Origin: Fistulifera solaris
Taxonomy: Eukaryota
Length of the DNA: 64,000 nt
NCBI GenBank assembly: GCA_030295235.1
Contig: AP026146.1
Coordinates: forward strand, 124,001-188,000
Direction of reading: 5' to 3'
This document shows positions 27,363-39,949 of this stretch, piece by piece. Numbering within the stretch: the stretch's first letter is position 1; every line of letters begins with the position of its first letter. The translations under genes and the position numbers were made by a program. The notes below the pieces were generated by a model. That model ran no database searches. It was not told the origin of the DNA and saw nothing but the letters and a program-made list of their open reading frames with translations.

Positions 27363-27754
27363 TGTTGAAACCACAATTTCAGCAACGATAATCACGTCCA
27401 ATCAAGACAGCAATAGATATCGTTCAAAAAACCGAGTAAAGATAACTTTCGTTTTACTTTAGATTCGCGAAACAACAATGAGCATTTCATCCTCGTCTCG
27501 TGCGATGGCCGCTTGCATCTGCACACGGCGAGACTGACGTATTCCTCATCGTGTGGTTCCGAATCGCTATATTAACTAGTTCCCCTTCATGTCCCTTACG
27601 TTTGCCAAATTCGTGGTCACGACGGTTCAATTTCTTTTCGTATCGATGGCTGAGACGGAATTCTTTCAAAGTTCCGTGCGTCATCCGTGGGTGCACGTTT
27701 CGTCCGTCATGTCTCCGACGCCGGACGACTTTCCAGCCGTCTTCATTTCCAACA
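27363..27754 (-). repeat. 5' LTR of element 2
   Basis: Direct repeat of 21947-22338. Confidence 0.95.
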
Positions 27755-27892
27755 GTTTGCCCTCATTCTCATCGGCAACTCATCGTTCGTGTCGTCCAGC
27801 GTTTCTCATTCTTTCATCATCGAGTTGCAAAAGTGCCACTTGCTCTCCTATCTCTCTTTTCCACGCGCTATACGATTCCATTCTATCCAAAA

Positions 27893-28795
27893 ATGGCTGC
27901 ATGGATAGGAATTCTCGTGGCGACTACCATTCTTCTCATTACTGTCTATCTCTATCAACTCGTCTCTCGACCATCCAAGATATTACCACTCGAAGATTTT
28001 GTGCAAGTTCCTTTGATTCGAAAAGAGATTTTATCGCATGATACACGTCGTTTTACCTTTGCCTTGCCCCGACCGGATGCTGTCCTAGGATTGCCAGTGG
28101 GTCAACATGTCGCCTTGCGCTTTCAACAAGCCGACGAAACATGGGTCCAACGCAGTTATACACCGACCCAACAATCGGTGCCGGGCGAATTTTCCCTCGT
28201 CATAAAAGTGTATTCACCGGCACCTCCTAAATTCCCCACCGGAGGAGCCTTGTCGCAACATTTGGATTCCTTGGCCATCGGAGATACTATTGGGATGAAA
28301 GGACCGAAAGGTCATATTGAGTGGTTGTCCTCCTCGAAAGGACAATTCTCGGTCAAGCCTTTGGGAAAACCACTCGAACAACGAACTTGTCAATATGTGG
28401 GCATGATGGCAGGAGGGACGGGAATTACTCCCATGCTGCAACTCTTGCATGCCATCTTTGCCGATCCGGACCCATCTTTGAAGGTTAAACTGATTTATGC
28501 GAATCAAACGGAAGATGATATTCTGGTACGACAGGAATTGGAGCATTTGCAACAGCAATATCCACAACATTTTTCATTGTGGTATACCTTGGATCGTCCA
28601 CCGACCCAGGGATGGAAGTACAGTACCGGATTTATTTCACCCGAAATGGTACAACAGCATTTGGTGTTTGCCGAGGATACCAACAAAACACAGACTCAAT
28701 TCTTCCTATGTGGCCCAGCACCCATGATCAAATTTGCTTGCTTACCAGCGTTGGAGCAAGCAGGCTACAACAAGGACAACTGGGTTATCTTTTAA
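27893..28795 (+). CDS. CBR1: NADH-cytochrome b5 reductase with N-terminal membrane anchor
   Basis: SHDTRRFTFAL, LGLPVGQH, RSYTP, MAGGTGITPM, LIYANQTE, CGPAPM. Confidence 0.93.
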   Translation: MAAWIGILVATTILLITVYLYQLVSRPSKILPLEDFVQVPLIRKEILSHDTRRFTFALPRPDAVLGLPVGQHVALRFQQADETWVQRSYTPTQQSVPGEFSLVIKVYSPAPPKFPTGGALSQHLDSLAIGDTIGMKGPKGHIEWLSSSKGQFSVKPLGKPLEQRTCQYVGMMAGGTGITPMLQLLHAIFADPDPSLKVKLIYANQTEDDILVRQELEHLQQQYPQHFSLWYTLDRPPTQGWKYSTGFISPEMVQQHLVFAEDTNKTQTQFFLCGPAPMIKFACLPALEQAGYNKDNWVIF

Positions 28796-28918
28796 CACCA
28801 GAACAAGCAAAAGAAAAGACCTCTACAAACGTGATTACGGTGCAGCGAGATGTCCTTCCATGGACATTTGCGAATGAAGATTACTGTAACTATTTGTTTC
28901 TAATATACCCTCTACTGT

Positions 28919-31069
28919 TTACACACCCATTCGTTTGTCATCGGTCAATCGACTTTCGACACTCTCCTCTTCTTCACTACCACTGGCTGTATCAGGTATC
29001 CGTATATGCCACATGGGCTTCCGGGGACCGTACCATCGTATCAGTAACCCACTCATCAAAAGGGTTCCACCCACAAAAGTAGCCAAGATAACCCATGCAT
29101 GGATCATTAATTTGCGGTGTCGCTTGCTGTTAGCCGCTCTTGTCCCCGTTGTGTTGACCATACTGGAACGATCCTCCAACGTCATGTTGGCGCGCTCCAA
29201 TACGAGATCATCGAAAGAGTCGGTCACATTGGTTGGACTCGCGGAAGGAATCATGATGGCTGATGTTGGGGCTGTGGTAGATTCGGTATCGGGCGAAGAC
29301 GCGTGGAGGGTCGGTAGCGGTGAAACAATAGGAGAAACGGATGCAGGAGCAATGGAAGACAAATTGGGCTTATCCGGGCTGGGAATCTTTGCGCCTGGAG
29401 AAAAAGCTGGGGCCAACCCATCTGACTCGACATCAATCTCATAACATTCCACGTCTTTAAAGACTTCTTTGTAGATTGCAACATATTCTGCTTCCTCGAG
29501 AACGCCTGGAGGAGTCGTCGAGATAGAGTTGTTCGTAGAAACATCCACCATTCTTTCTCGAAATACATCGCCATGCACTCGAAAGTAAATTTCACGTTTC
29601 TCCATCTCATTCAGTAATCGCCGTTTGCCGCTTCTCGACCAAATATTTCCCCACTCATTTTCATTCGTTTTGTTCTTCTTCTTCTTCTTCCTTTTCCGCT
29701 TGTCTCTTCTCTTTTTGTCTTTTTTTGCCGCTGTTGCTGCTGCTACTTTTACTTCCTTTGCCGCTCTCACTGACATGGTCGCTCATTTCACTGCCCTTAC
29801 CACCCTTGCCACTTTTGCTGACTTTCTTGCTTTTCTTACTTGGACTATCTTTTTGATATGCTTGCATATCATTTTCTTATTTCCCGGTGTCGGCGTCGAT
29901 TCCTTGACCGGAGCCATTGTTGGGATCTGTGTCCGTGTCATCGTAGGTCTAATTGTTTGTGAAAGTTGGGTAGGAATCAAAGTGTCCGTTATTGTGGTAG
30001 GAGCCGCTGTCTTTTGGGACAACTGCGTCGGAATTAAGGTGCCCGGTGTGGTAGTAGGATTTGGCGTCTCCTGTAACGATGGCGTCGGAATCAAGGTGCC
30101 CGATGTGGTGGTAGGAGCTGGCGTTTCCTGTGACATTGGCATTGACGTTTCCGTCGTAGTGGTAGGAGCTGGAGTCCTCGACATTACGGGCATAGGAGTG
30201 GGACTCTCTGGGATGGCTGTGGACGGACTCGGAGCTGCTATGGGTGCTACGGTTGGACTAGGCGTTCCCGTATTGGGTGTTCTTGTTACAGCTGGTGCAA
30301 TCGATGGCGTCAATGTTGTCTCTGACGGGCTGCTAATTGGTGCTATTGTGGGGATGCCGGTTGTACCCGAGATTGGAGGCAATGATAAAGCAATGGAGGG
30401 TGATGGTGAAGAGGAACCTGTACTGTCAGCTGCGGGACAAAGATCGGCATGGGGGCCGACTTGTTCCGTCTTTTACAAAGCGTTGAGTACAGTAAAATGA
30501 GTGCGAATAGTGTTTAAACATCAAAACATTTAGACACTCACCAGCAAGGCCCACCCATTCGATGTACCGAAGAGGAGCACCGGATAATCCTCACAACTGC
30601 CAGTGTAAATAATGAGAGCAGAAAAAACAATAGTGCCTCCGTTCGCATTGACACCGATCATGCTCATCTGAAATGCCTTTGGTAGATCATTCATGTCCAA
30701 ATCATCCTGTTTATCGCTCACCGATGATATTGAAATGGTGGCTCCATTTTCATACCTCCCGGTCATCCGCTGTGAACCTACCACAGATTGTAAATTCTGT
30801 CCCAGTTCCGACACATCAATCAGAGTGACAAGTTCGGGGACCAAATCGGTGTCACTCGGATCATCAAATGGCACAATATTACATCGCGTCTCTTGTACTC
30901 CAGTGCCGTATCCACTATTGTCGTTGCATGTTCTGGAAAAGTCGAGCGTGATATCGTAGACGCGCGGAGAACAAACACAGGTAGAATTTTCAGATTGAGC
31001 TCGCGTCGGCTGAACCAAGAATACTGCGAACGCAACCCGCAGTCGAGATAGCCAATAGCGCGATCTCAT
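28919..31069 (-). CDS. Type-I membrane protein with Cys-containing N-domain, Thr/Pro mucin repeats, Lys-rich block and C-terminal TM (intron 30470-30541; frameshifts near 29870 and 29720)
   Basis: Signal peptide; CVCSPRVY...DFSRTC; PTxxxxTPAPTTT repeats; TM helix near the end; spliced frame continues into ORF 30382. Confidence 0.65.
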
Positions 31070-31794
31070 GTTGCCTGTTGCATGAATGACGGTGAAATGC
31101 CTTTTCACGCACTAAGGGATCATTTATGTGGTATGGGGGCGAACATGGAAGCAGTCCGGCGTTTTTGGTGGCCAAGTTGCGTGTTGTCGTTGCAACAGAC
31201 AAATTTTGTGAAGGTGAAAAAGTGCGGAAGTCTTGTGATGTGGAAAGTCTCGATTCTCGATCCTAACTATCGTAAGGAGAGTCGTAAGAGGAGTCATTCG
31301 ACGTCAGAAGACGTTTTGAAACTAATTGCGACATTTTATTGCAAATAGTAGCCTCCAAGAAGAACGGCACTACCAGGTACAGAAACTATCCTTCGTACTG
31401 TACATGGTTTTGAGTGTGCTTTGAATTGTTTGTTGACCTTGGTTTGTCGCCAGTCCGCCACCACCGCTCTCGCTCTTACAGTACTACGTAGTACGAGAGG
31501 CCAACGTAGAACGGAGATGCGAACGAAGAAGCAAGGGGCAAAAAGCATCGATGGCCTTCGTAGTCTTTTTCCGGTCACATGGATACGGATGCGAGTGTTG
31601 CTGCGGTGTTTTATATACTCCGCTATTTTAATTTTGAATTGAATTCAAACAAAAGTACGTTTCATCAAACGATCGACGTGCATCGGAACGATCTCTATAA
31701 ATACATTGCTGTGATTGGACCCCTAGAATCGAAGCGTGTTTCTGATACAAAGCGATAAATAGTTCCGGACACGAAACATTTTTGTTTGAGAATC

Positions 31795-34169
31795 ATGGAC
31801 GATCTTAACAAGCAGCAAGAAGATGAAAAGCTATGCGCGAGTTGTGATCGCTGTCGGTCGCGAAAAACGAAATGCGACGGTAAACGCCCCTGTGGGAACT
31901 GTGTGGCGAAGTATATGAAAAAGTACAAAGTCGCGAGGTAAATACAGCCATTGTAAATCATGTTGAGAAGCGTATCTTCCCCGTTCTCGACACAATAATG
32001 TATCTTCTTATTCTCATTTTTCCTTTTCTTGCGATCCAAACACTCAATAGTGTCGAAGGTGTACCCGAGGCTGCGTTTGAATGCGTCTATTCTCCGGCGA
32101 AGCGTCGAGGCCCGGTCCCTGGGCGTACTCCTTCTCACGCACGTTCTTTGAACGATGTGAACGGTGGGAATCACAACAATGTCAGCATGACCGGTGGTAG
32201 CAACTTTGATTGGAATACAGACCTCATGTCGCAACAGCAGCAACCGATCATGTCGTCTTTCACGAGTGGTTTGGATGGCAATATCTTGAATCAGTTCAAT
32301 CTGATGAGACAAATGCAGCTCCAGCAGCAATTGCCATTACAACAACCGCCGATGTCGTTGCAGCATCACCAACAGCAACAGCAACAGCAACAACAGCACA
32401 TGATGGACACTTCGGAAATAAGCGAACGATCGGCGCGCCGGATGAAGATGGAAGATGTTCCGAGTGCACAGGGTGGAGTTCCTCGCACCGTGAGCGATCA
32501 CACGCATTTGTTGGATCGGAACGATCCAGATGGATCGCGTTTGTTCTCCTACTTTAAACTATCCATTGATGAGCTCTTTCGTTTGCCTTCGACACCGACC
32601 GATGAAGAGTATTGCTTGCGTTTGAATATACCTGGAATGACGCCTCGCATGATTCCGGGCACACATTTAGCCGCCCTGTCAGCGGCGCGCTTTGCCGAAA
32701 TCGCCTTGGGGGCCATGGTGCACAATGAGATTAGTCTGGCTATGGAATTGTGCAATGCGGTGGTGCACTGTTTGCGCGAGTCTGTGAAGGAACCTGTACA
32801 AACACCTATCATGTTGGAGGTGTCCAAAGCGTACTTCCTTTTGGGAGTCTTTCGAGCTTGTCGTGGGGATATGGCTCGTTACTTCAAGTATCGTCGGGTT
32901 TGCATGACTTACTTGGGGAAGCTGGAAGTAAGTTGTGCTTGATTACTCAGTGTGAATGTGCGCGATTCTTTATACTTTTTCTGACGCTTCGCGATGTGTC
33001 ACAGAATAGCAGCAGAACAGCAACTTTGACATCTGCCATATCTTATCTGGATGCCTGGGCGTACATGATTTATAACGGCAATGAAACACAGGTACCGAAT
33101 GTGGACCGCACCTTACCTCCGCCTTCTGGATGTGCTAGCAACGGGATGGTAAACCCAATTGAGGTGAAATACAACACAAATACTAGTGTTCCAGCGGTCG
33201 TATCTGATCCCAAGAACAAAAACTGGATTCAAGGAGCTCCTCCGGTTTATCTTAACAATGAGGCACCGCCCCATGCGCGTTCTTTAGATGCTTTGGCGTG
33301 CGCTGTGCGTTCTTGTTGTGATCAAGCCAATAGTCGCTTCGCCCAGATGATGAAATCTGAAGGTACTCAGTCGGACAACATGATTCCACAATCGACGATC
33401 CTCACCCCGACAGCCACCGCCGTCATGCATCACGAGAATGAACTTTGCAGCCGTAACATGGTCCTTTCTGCATACACCTTGATGCAGCAGCAAGAGTCAT
33501 CCACGAGAGGGCGGCATCATAGTGAGGGGCATCAGATGGTAATTTCGGCAATGGATGCTTTTTTTGGAAAATAGCGACGAAGATGGAGGTACTGGTTTTA
33601 CCGACAGCCAAATTCAAAGTTTACTTTCTGTCTGTAATACAGCTGTTGCGAACCCGTTCTTGTTACACCATGCCGGACCTACGTATCACATGGTAACGAA
33701 CGCAACCATTTTACTCTGCCACTTACTGAACGCGATGCATGCCATGAAGCAATCGGGCCAGGTAGAAGACATGGAAGTTGCTATGTTTGAGGAAGTGTTG
33801 GATACCCTTATCGCCATCCGTAAATTGCTTACGATCCATCGACGAAAGTTGCCAGTAAAACTCCGGTGCCATGGAATTCCCCGGCCCAATCTAACCGGTA
33901 CAGACGCCTCTGCACCTATTGTTGACTTGGGAGAGACTCTTTTGTGTGCTTGCCGAGGATGTCAAGGGTTTGTTCTAATGGCATGTAGCCCTTGTGTGGC
34001 GGCCGAGAGGGCAAGAGACGCGACCAAAAGAATGGAAATTGAGTTGCAACATGAGGCCCAGGCGATTGAGATGGGAGAGCTTGACACCGATATCGACAAT
34101 ATCGGGGCAGAATTTGATCTTGATGATGATGCATTGCTCGGAATGATTAGCAGTCTCATTCAAAATTAG
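31795..34169 (+). CDS. Zn(II)2Cys6 binuclear-cluster transcription factor (introns 31938-32050, 32928-33004; frameshift near 33560)
   Basis: Exon 1 (absent from ORF track) encodes CASCDRCRSRKTKCDGKRPCGNC, spliced to ECVYSPAKRRGP; polyQ region. Confidence 0.85.
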
Positions 34170-34342
34170 ATGGCTCAATCTCTTCTGAGCATTAAGGCGA
34201 AACATGAGGCGAGATGCTTTAGAATGTAAATTGGAAAATGCGTTAAAATAAAAAGATGTATGGGGAATCTTTGAAAATGGGTTATACCGCGTTGGCAATG
34301 ATGCTGTCAAGGTATGGTACTAGTGTGGATCGCGCAAAATAC

Positions 34343-34809
34343 GTTGTATGGCAGGATCCAGCATTTACAGTATCTCGAGCGATAAAATCAAAGGAGAACA
34401 ACTTGGTGTACTTTGCTTCGCCGTCGCGTCGGTCTCCATGGCACTAGTGGCCATCAGTCCTAGCAATACTTTGAAATTCTTGGCCATGAATGTCTTCGAA
34501 ATGACCGTGGGTATGTATTGGCCCATCATGGGTACCATGAAAGGGTCCATTGTTCCTGAATCGATGCGGGCGGCGATTTATAATCTTTACCGTATTCCGC
34601 TGAACTTCATCGTCTTGTTTAGTCTGTTGACGGATCTGACACCTACAACATCATTTTGCTTGAACGCCACGATGCTAGCGGCTGCGGCAGTTCTACAAAT
34701 CGTTTTAATGAAACGAAGGGAATTGCATCTGGGTGCCTCACATCAGGCATCGCCACCAAGTAAATTAGAGGATACGCGACCTTTGGTGGCCAAAGATGAA
34801 TCGGTATGA
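34343..34809 (+). pseudogene. 5'-truncated MFSD5 fragment
   Basis: Near-identical to the last 153 aa of 13040-14615; homology starts abruptly at 34343. Confidence 0.9.
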
Positions 34810-35123
34810 TAACTCAAATTCTGTTGACGAGTCGGAATGAGACTATTGTTTCATGGATAGCAAAAATGGAGCACAAAGTATATTCCCTTCTGATACCATA
34901 ATTTTCAACAAACTACGCAAGGAATAGAGAAATAGTAGTAGGTTAACGACAAAACAAATTCTTTTAATAAATTAAAATATTCCATACAGAATTCAAAGCT
35001 AGGATCATCGGACCGCCAAAAGACACAGACACAAACACATAGTAACGACCAGGCGACAAGGAGAGCAAAACACGGTCGGAAACAATCAATCAATCAATAA
35101 TTTTGGAAAGCACATGGTAATAC

Positions 35124-36734
35124 TCAGCGGATAATAAAACGGGAACCGAAGGACGGGGGAGGCTGCAACGGCTGTACGATGGCGAGGTGAAGCGGCATCA
35201 ATTTTCCAGAGGCACAAATTTTCATCGGCTCCAATCGATGCCAACTGGTTGCCATCGGGCTCAGATCCATTGACAAGATGCGATCCTGGTGATACGACAG
35301 GGATTGAATGCGTTCCATCTTAGGGTAGCTCCAGACCACGACTTCGTTGTCCGTGAAGCCATGGCCGGAATACAGCTCCTGGTGATGCTGGCCCCAGATC
35401 AACGAGGAAACTTGACTTCCAGTACATACACTGTGCATCATACTTCCTGAGCATGTATCCCACAGCTTGATGCAATGATCTGCAGTTCCGCCCCCACTGG
35501 CAAGCATGTCACTACGATAGGGACACCAAGCCAGTCCCTTGACAGCAGCCGAGTGCGATTCCAATACAAGGCGGGGACCACCACCTACTTGGAGACTCCT
35601 CATCATAGATGCATCCCACAGGTGAATTGTGTTATCACTTCGTCCACTCGAGACCGTGCCTGCAGGATTCCATGCAATGTTGCAAACCGAAGACGACGAT
35701 GACTGTGATGGTGATCCGCGCCGAGTCATTCCTGTCATCGAATGGCTACGCCAATCAAGACTCACAAGCTTCCCTGTATCGTAGCCAACTGTCAACCATT
35801 GCAAGGAATCATTCCAGCAAAGCGCGTGAACTGTACCTCCTCCAACTTTGAGAGACGTGTGCACTTCCTTCTTGCAAACTGTGTCGTACATTCGAGCGCC
35901 AGTCGGTTCCCACAGCCAGGTAGTGCGTCGATCCTTTAACTGAGCACCACTTCACTGCCCGAACGTGGTTCGAATTCTCACTTCGGCTGTGAGACACCGT
36001 TTTCAAATCCACTAACTCGCGTGCACTGTATCGGTAGACATGTTCATGAGGTGACCGACCCCAGCCCTATTGCGAGGACATTGTCCTTGCTCCAACTGAG
36101 CCGGATGTGAGTAGAAATCATTCACAATATCTGGTGCATCAAGGACTACCTCAGGACGACAATGGATAACGCGAGCGGGAGTTGTGTTGACTTTTTCCGC
36201 CGTCAACAATGTGGAGGAACGCAAAAGTCCATTGCGAAGGGTCCGCAGCAACGATAGGACGACGATTGTGAGTCTTGGAAGACAAAACGTTACCATATTG
36301 TAACATGGACTTCATTTGCACCTCATCATCAAGATCACTCGTCGGAACATTGCATAACGTACTCAGCAAATGCCTATCGTAAGCAAGTTTTGTCGAACGG
36401 GCTGCGGAAGGAGGACCGGCAAGCATCACTTGACGATGATTCACGAGGTTTCGACGCAGAACTCAGCTTTCGACGACACAAGTCCATGTGCATGCGACCA
36501 CGACACGGAATGAAGCGATCCAGATCTTCACGAAAGCCACTTTGAGGCGTCAACAAACGACGACGATGATGAGCACTCGAGCGCATGCGAGGAACTGGAG
36601 TTTTGATCGTACTAGGAGGGTGAGGCGGCTGTCTGCGCCATTCCACGATAACCAGGATGATCAGGAGTCATTTGGTGATGATGCAAAAGCATATCAGAGG
36701 AGATAACGTTGTTTTGAAAGCAAGAAGACACCAT
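35124..36734 (-). CDS. CDC20: CDC20-like copy C (empty-site relative of copy A; frameshifts)
   Basis: C-box DRFIPCR; uninterrupted VLDAPDIVNDFYSHP; WD40 nearly identical to copy A; ends RFIIR. Confidence 0.85.
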
Positions 36735-37516
36735 GGTGTGATAATTGGTTCAAAGCAAAAATTGTGCGAAAACACTTGCTGCGGTACAATTTTGTACGTG
36801 ATTTTGAGTACCGAGAATCATGTATGTAGCTTTTGTACTGACAGGTACGTGCCTTTATTCGATTTCTTCTACGATATACGATACAAAGTGTATTCCAACG
36901 TATGGGTACTGTATATTGTTGTTTTACTCGCAGACTGTGTGAAGAAATCGCTGCGTTGAAAGATAAGTCACCATGGAGGTCAATTCTGGGTCCCTTCGAA
37001 GCTCGCAGGCCTCCTATTTGTTGCTTATGTAGCGTTTACTTACACTGGTGTCTGTTTTGGTGCTTTTCAGGTATACAAAAGCACAATTCATTGCAAGTTT
37101 TGAACGTCCGCAACAAGTAAGCAAACCAACAACAGCAAAGATCAAGTAGTCAGAAAGCACAGATTCTACGTTTCGTCATGAAGCTATGTCGGCATTGGTT
37201 TATTTAGCTAGTGAAGTGATGAAAATAAAAGAGGAAATTCGTGTGAATCACGGGCTTTCCTGGAAATCGAAGCAGCGTCTTCCTGCGAGCATTTGGATTT
37301 GAGTTTAGACGCTCGGTTCGTTTCATAGCCTTCAAGCTGGGAAGTCTATTCTGAGCTCGAATGCTTGATACGACTTAATGTTTGCTGAGATTTCAAGAAA
37401 AATGCTTGTTATGCTTTGATGAAGTCGAATTAAATATTTCTATTCTATATGAAAAGGCTGAAGCAACGGTTGAATTTAAAGTTATTCCGTTTATGTTTTT
37501 GTCCCCTATACTATCT

Positions 37517-39949
37517 CTACATCGAACAGGGAAGGCAGGTGGACAGTTCTTTACGGACCACCGCAGTAGCGTCGACCATGTTACGCAGGGCTGCAATTGT
37601 TTCAGGCCATCCTCTTGTTTTTAAACCGCAATCAGGATTTACAACCGTCTGATCCAAATCAAGCACCGTCAGAAAGCTCCTAAGTTTTGCCTCAATCTCC
37701 TCTTTGGAAGGTACGACTGGGGAATGAATATCATACAATCCAGGACCAAAGCCTTTCGTGTACCCAATGCTTTTGAATGCCTTGAGCGTTGCATTGTCGC
37801 TGCGAGCATTTTCAATCGAGTTCACATCCGTGTCCATGCGATCGATTGCTATTGAAGAAAAAGACAAGAAATTAGTCCGTAGTATCCGCATTCTCTGAGA
37901 AAAGTGTACGCACCATGCATGCAATCCTGGAATTCACAGTAGCACATGTGGGTATGAATCTGAGTCTCGCTCTTCGCGCCGGCGGTTGATAGACGAAATG
38001 CATCCACTGCCCAACCTAAGTACTCATTTCTTTCTGTTTCACGAAAAGGCATCCCTTCTCGCAATGCAGGCTCGTCGACTTGAATGACAATGCATCCCGC
38101 CTCTTCCAAGTCCCGAATTTCGTCGCGAATGCAAAGGGCAACTTGGAACGCTTGTTCCCTGCGAGAAATGTCGATCCGCGGGAAGGACCAATTGAGAATA
38201 GTGATGGGACCGGTTAACATTCCCTTGACTGGTTTCTCGGTGAGAGACTGCGCCACTTTATACTCACGCGTCGTCATGGGAAAAGGACGCGAGATGTCAT
38301 TCCAAAAGACCGGGGGCCTCACGCAACGACTTCCAAACGACTGTACCCATCCGTGCTGCGTAAAGACAATACCTTCCAATTGTTCTCCAAAAATTCCACC
38401 ATGTCCGTGCGCTCCGGTTCTCCATGCACCAAAATGTCCAAGCCCAACGTCTCCTGGACACCAATGCAATAAGCAATTTGCTGATCCATGGCAGCCTGGT
38501 ACTCGGAATCATTTAACAAACCTTTCTTCCACGCAGCGCGAACACGACGAATCGCAGAAGTTTGCGGAAAGGAACCGATCGTGGTCGTCGGTAGAGGTGG
38601 CAATCCTTTCAGTTGCTCCTTTCGACGCTCAAGGTAGTCGCTACTGCGACGAAAGTCACTCAGCTGAACTGCTTGGAGACGATCTCGAACAGACAAACTT
38701 TGTGATGTCACTCGAGAATCGACAAAGCTTTTCCATGCGCTTTCGTAATCTGCGAGCAAATGATTGCTGTCTTCGCCATCCAACATGCACCCGGCAATTT
38801 TGGCAAGTCGAACTACTTCATCCAGCTTCTCTTTGGCGAATGCCATGACCTGAACAGCGGGGTGATTCTCCGCAATCAATTTCTCTTCGCGTTCCACTGT
38901 CCAGGGAAGAAATTGCAAGGTGCTGGATGGCTGGATGCGGAACGCAATTCCCTTGCTTACCAAACTCTTTAGAACGGGCAAAACCTTTGCAGGATCAAAT
39001 TTCCAAACATTTCTCGCGTCCACCAGTCCACAGCCAATCGCCTTGGTAGCACCATACTTGTCCACCAGTGCGAGCGTGTCACCTCGAGTGAAATCCAGAG
39101 ACACCACATGGATGCCGTTGGTGGCGGACATGAGCCACTGGTAGTTGGCATCCCCCACATCGTCCATGTACGAGACCATGTTGATCGTTACATCCGGCGC
39201 AAGGATCGCGGGATACGCCGCATCCAGAAGGGGAGTAATGCTGGGATCATTGAATACCAGACAAGGCTCATGGATCTGTATTTCCTTCACACCCAAACCC
39301 ACCAGCTCCTGCATCAACGCCTGATATACCGGAAGCAACAAAACGACCAGCGTACTTTTCGACATACCGGGAGCGGATATCTTGGTCAAGTAAGCAAACG
39401 AAACTGGGCCCAGAAGAACAGGAGTCGCACAGTCCGCTCCCAACGCTGTGACACCGCGACGGCAGTCTTCAAGGAAGCGAGAGAAATCTGCGTGGATCTG
39501 GGAGGTTTCATCGTACTCGGGGACCATGTAATGATAGTTACTTGTAATCCACTTCTTCATGCCTGATTTGTGTATGTGTGTGAGAGAGAGAGTGCCGGTG
39601 ATCGAAAGAGAAAAATACAAGTCAACTTACTCAACGCTGGAGCACCATCGATGCCGCGTGCCATGGCAAAGAGACGATCGATTCCAGGAGGCTGGTTTGC
39701 AAAGCGTTTGGGGACAATCCCCAAGCTCTCTGTCATCATGAGAACAAAGTCGTAAAGATACTGATCACCTACAGTGATTTTAGTAAGTCCAGCGTGCAAC
39801 GCCCAAGCCGCGTCTTCCACTGAACGAGCCACGTGCAACAAATCATCCTGAGAAATGGATCCTTTCCAGTACTTTTCCAAGGCAAACTTGAGTTCGCGGT
39901 TCGGTCCCATGCGGGGGAAGCCGAGCGAAGAAGTGGTAACAAATTTCAT
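37517..39949 (-). CDS. METE: Cobalamin-independent methionine synthase (introns 39563-39630, 37849-37913; frameshift near 38390)
   Basis: [77 protein letters not shown]. Confidence 0.97.

Larger units (their letters stand above)
21947..27754 (-). mobile_element. Full-length Ty1/Copia LTR retrotransposon (second CoDi-like lineage), element 2
   Basis: Two 392-bp LTRs that appear identical; TSD GTTTG at 21942-21946 and 27755-27759; short PPT-like AGGAGTG before the 3' LTR on the minus strand. Confidence 0.97.
34343..37373 (-). repeat. Inverted segmental duplicate of 2898-13506, lacking the LTR element
   Basis: Reverse-complement match to the MFSD5 3' part, CDC20 copy A and its upstream region. 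Confidence 0.92.

Noticed and set aside
27500..27892. N-terminal extension of the 431-aa ORF suggesting an LTR-cytochrome b5 reductase fusion
   Set aside because: Chance open frame from a GTG in the antisense LTR; the natural ATG and membrane anchor start at 27893
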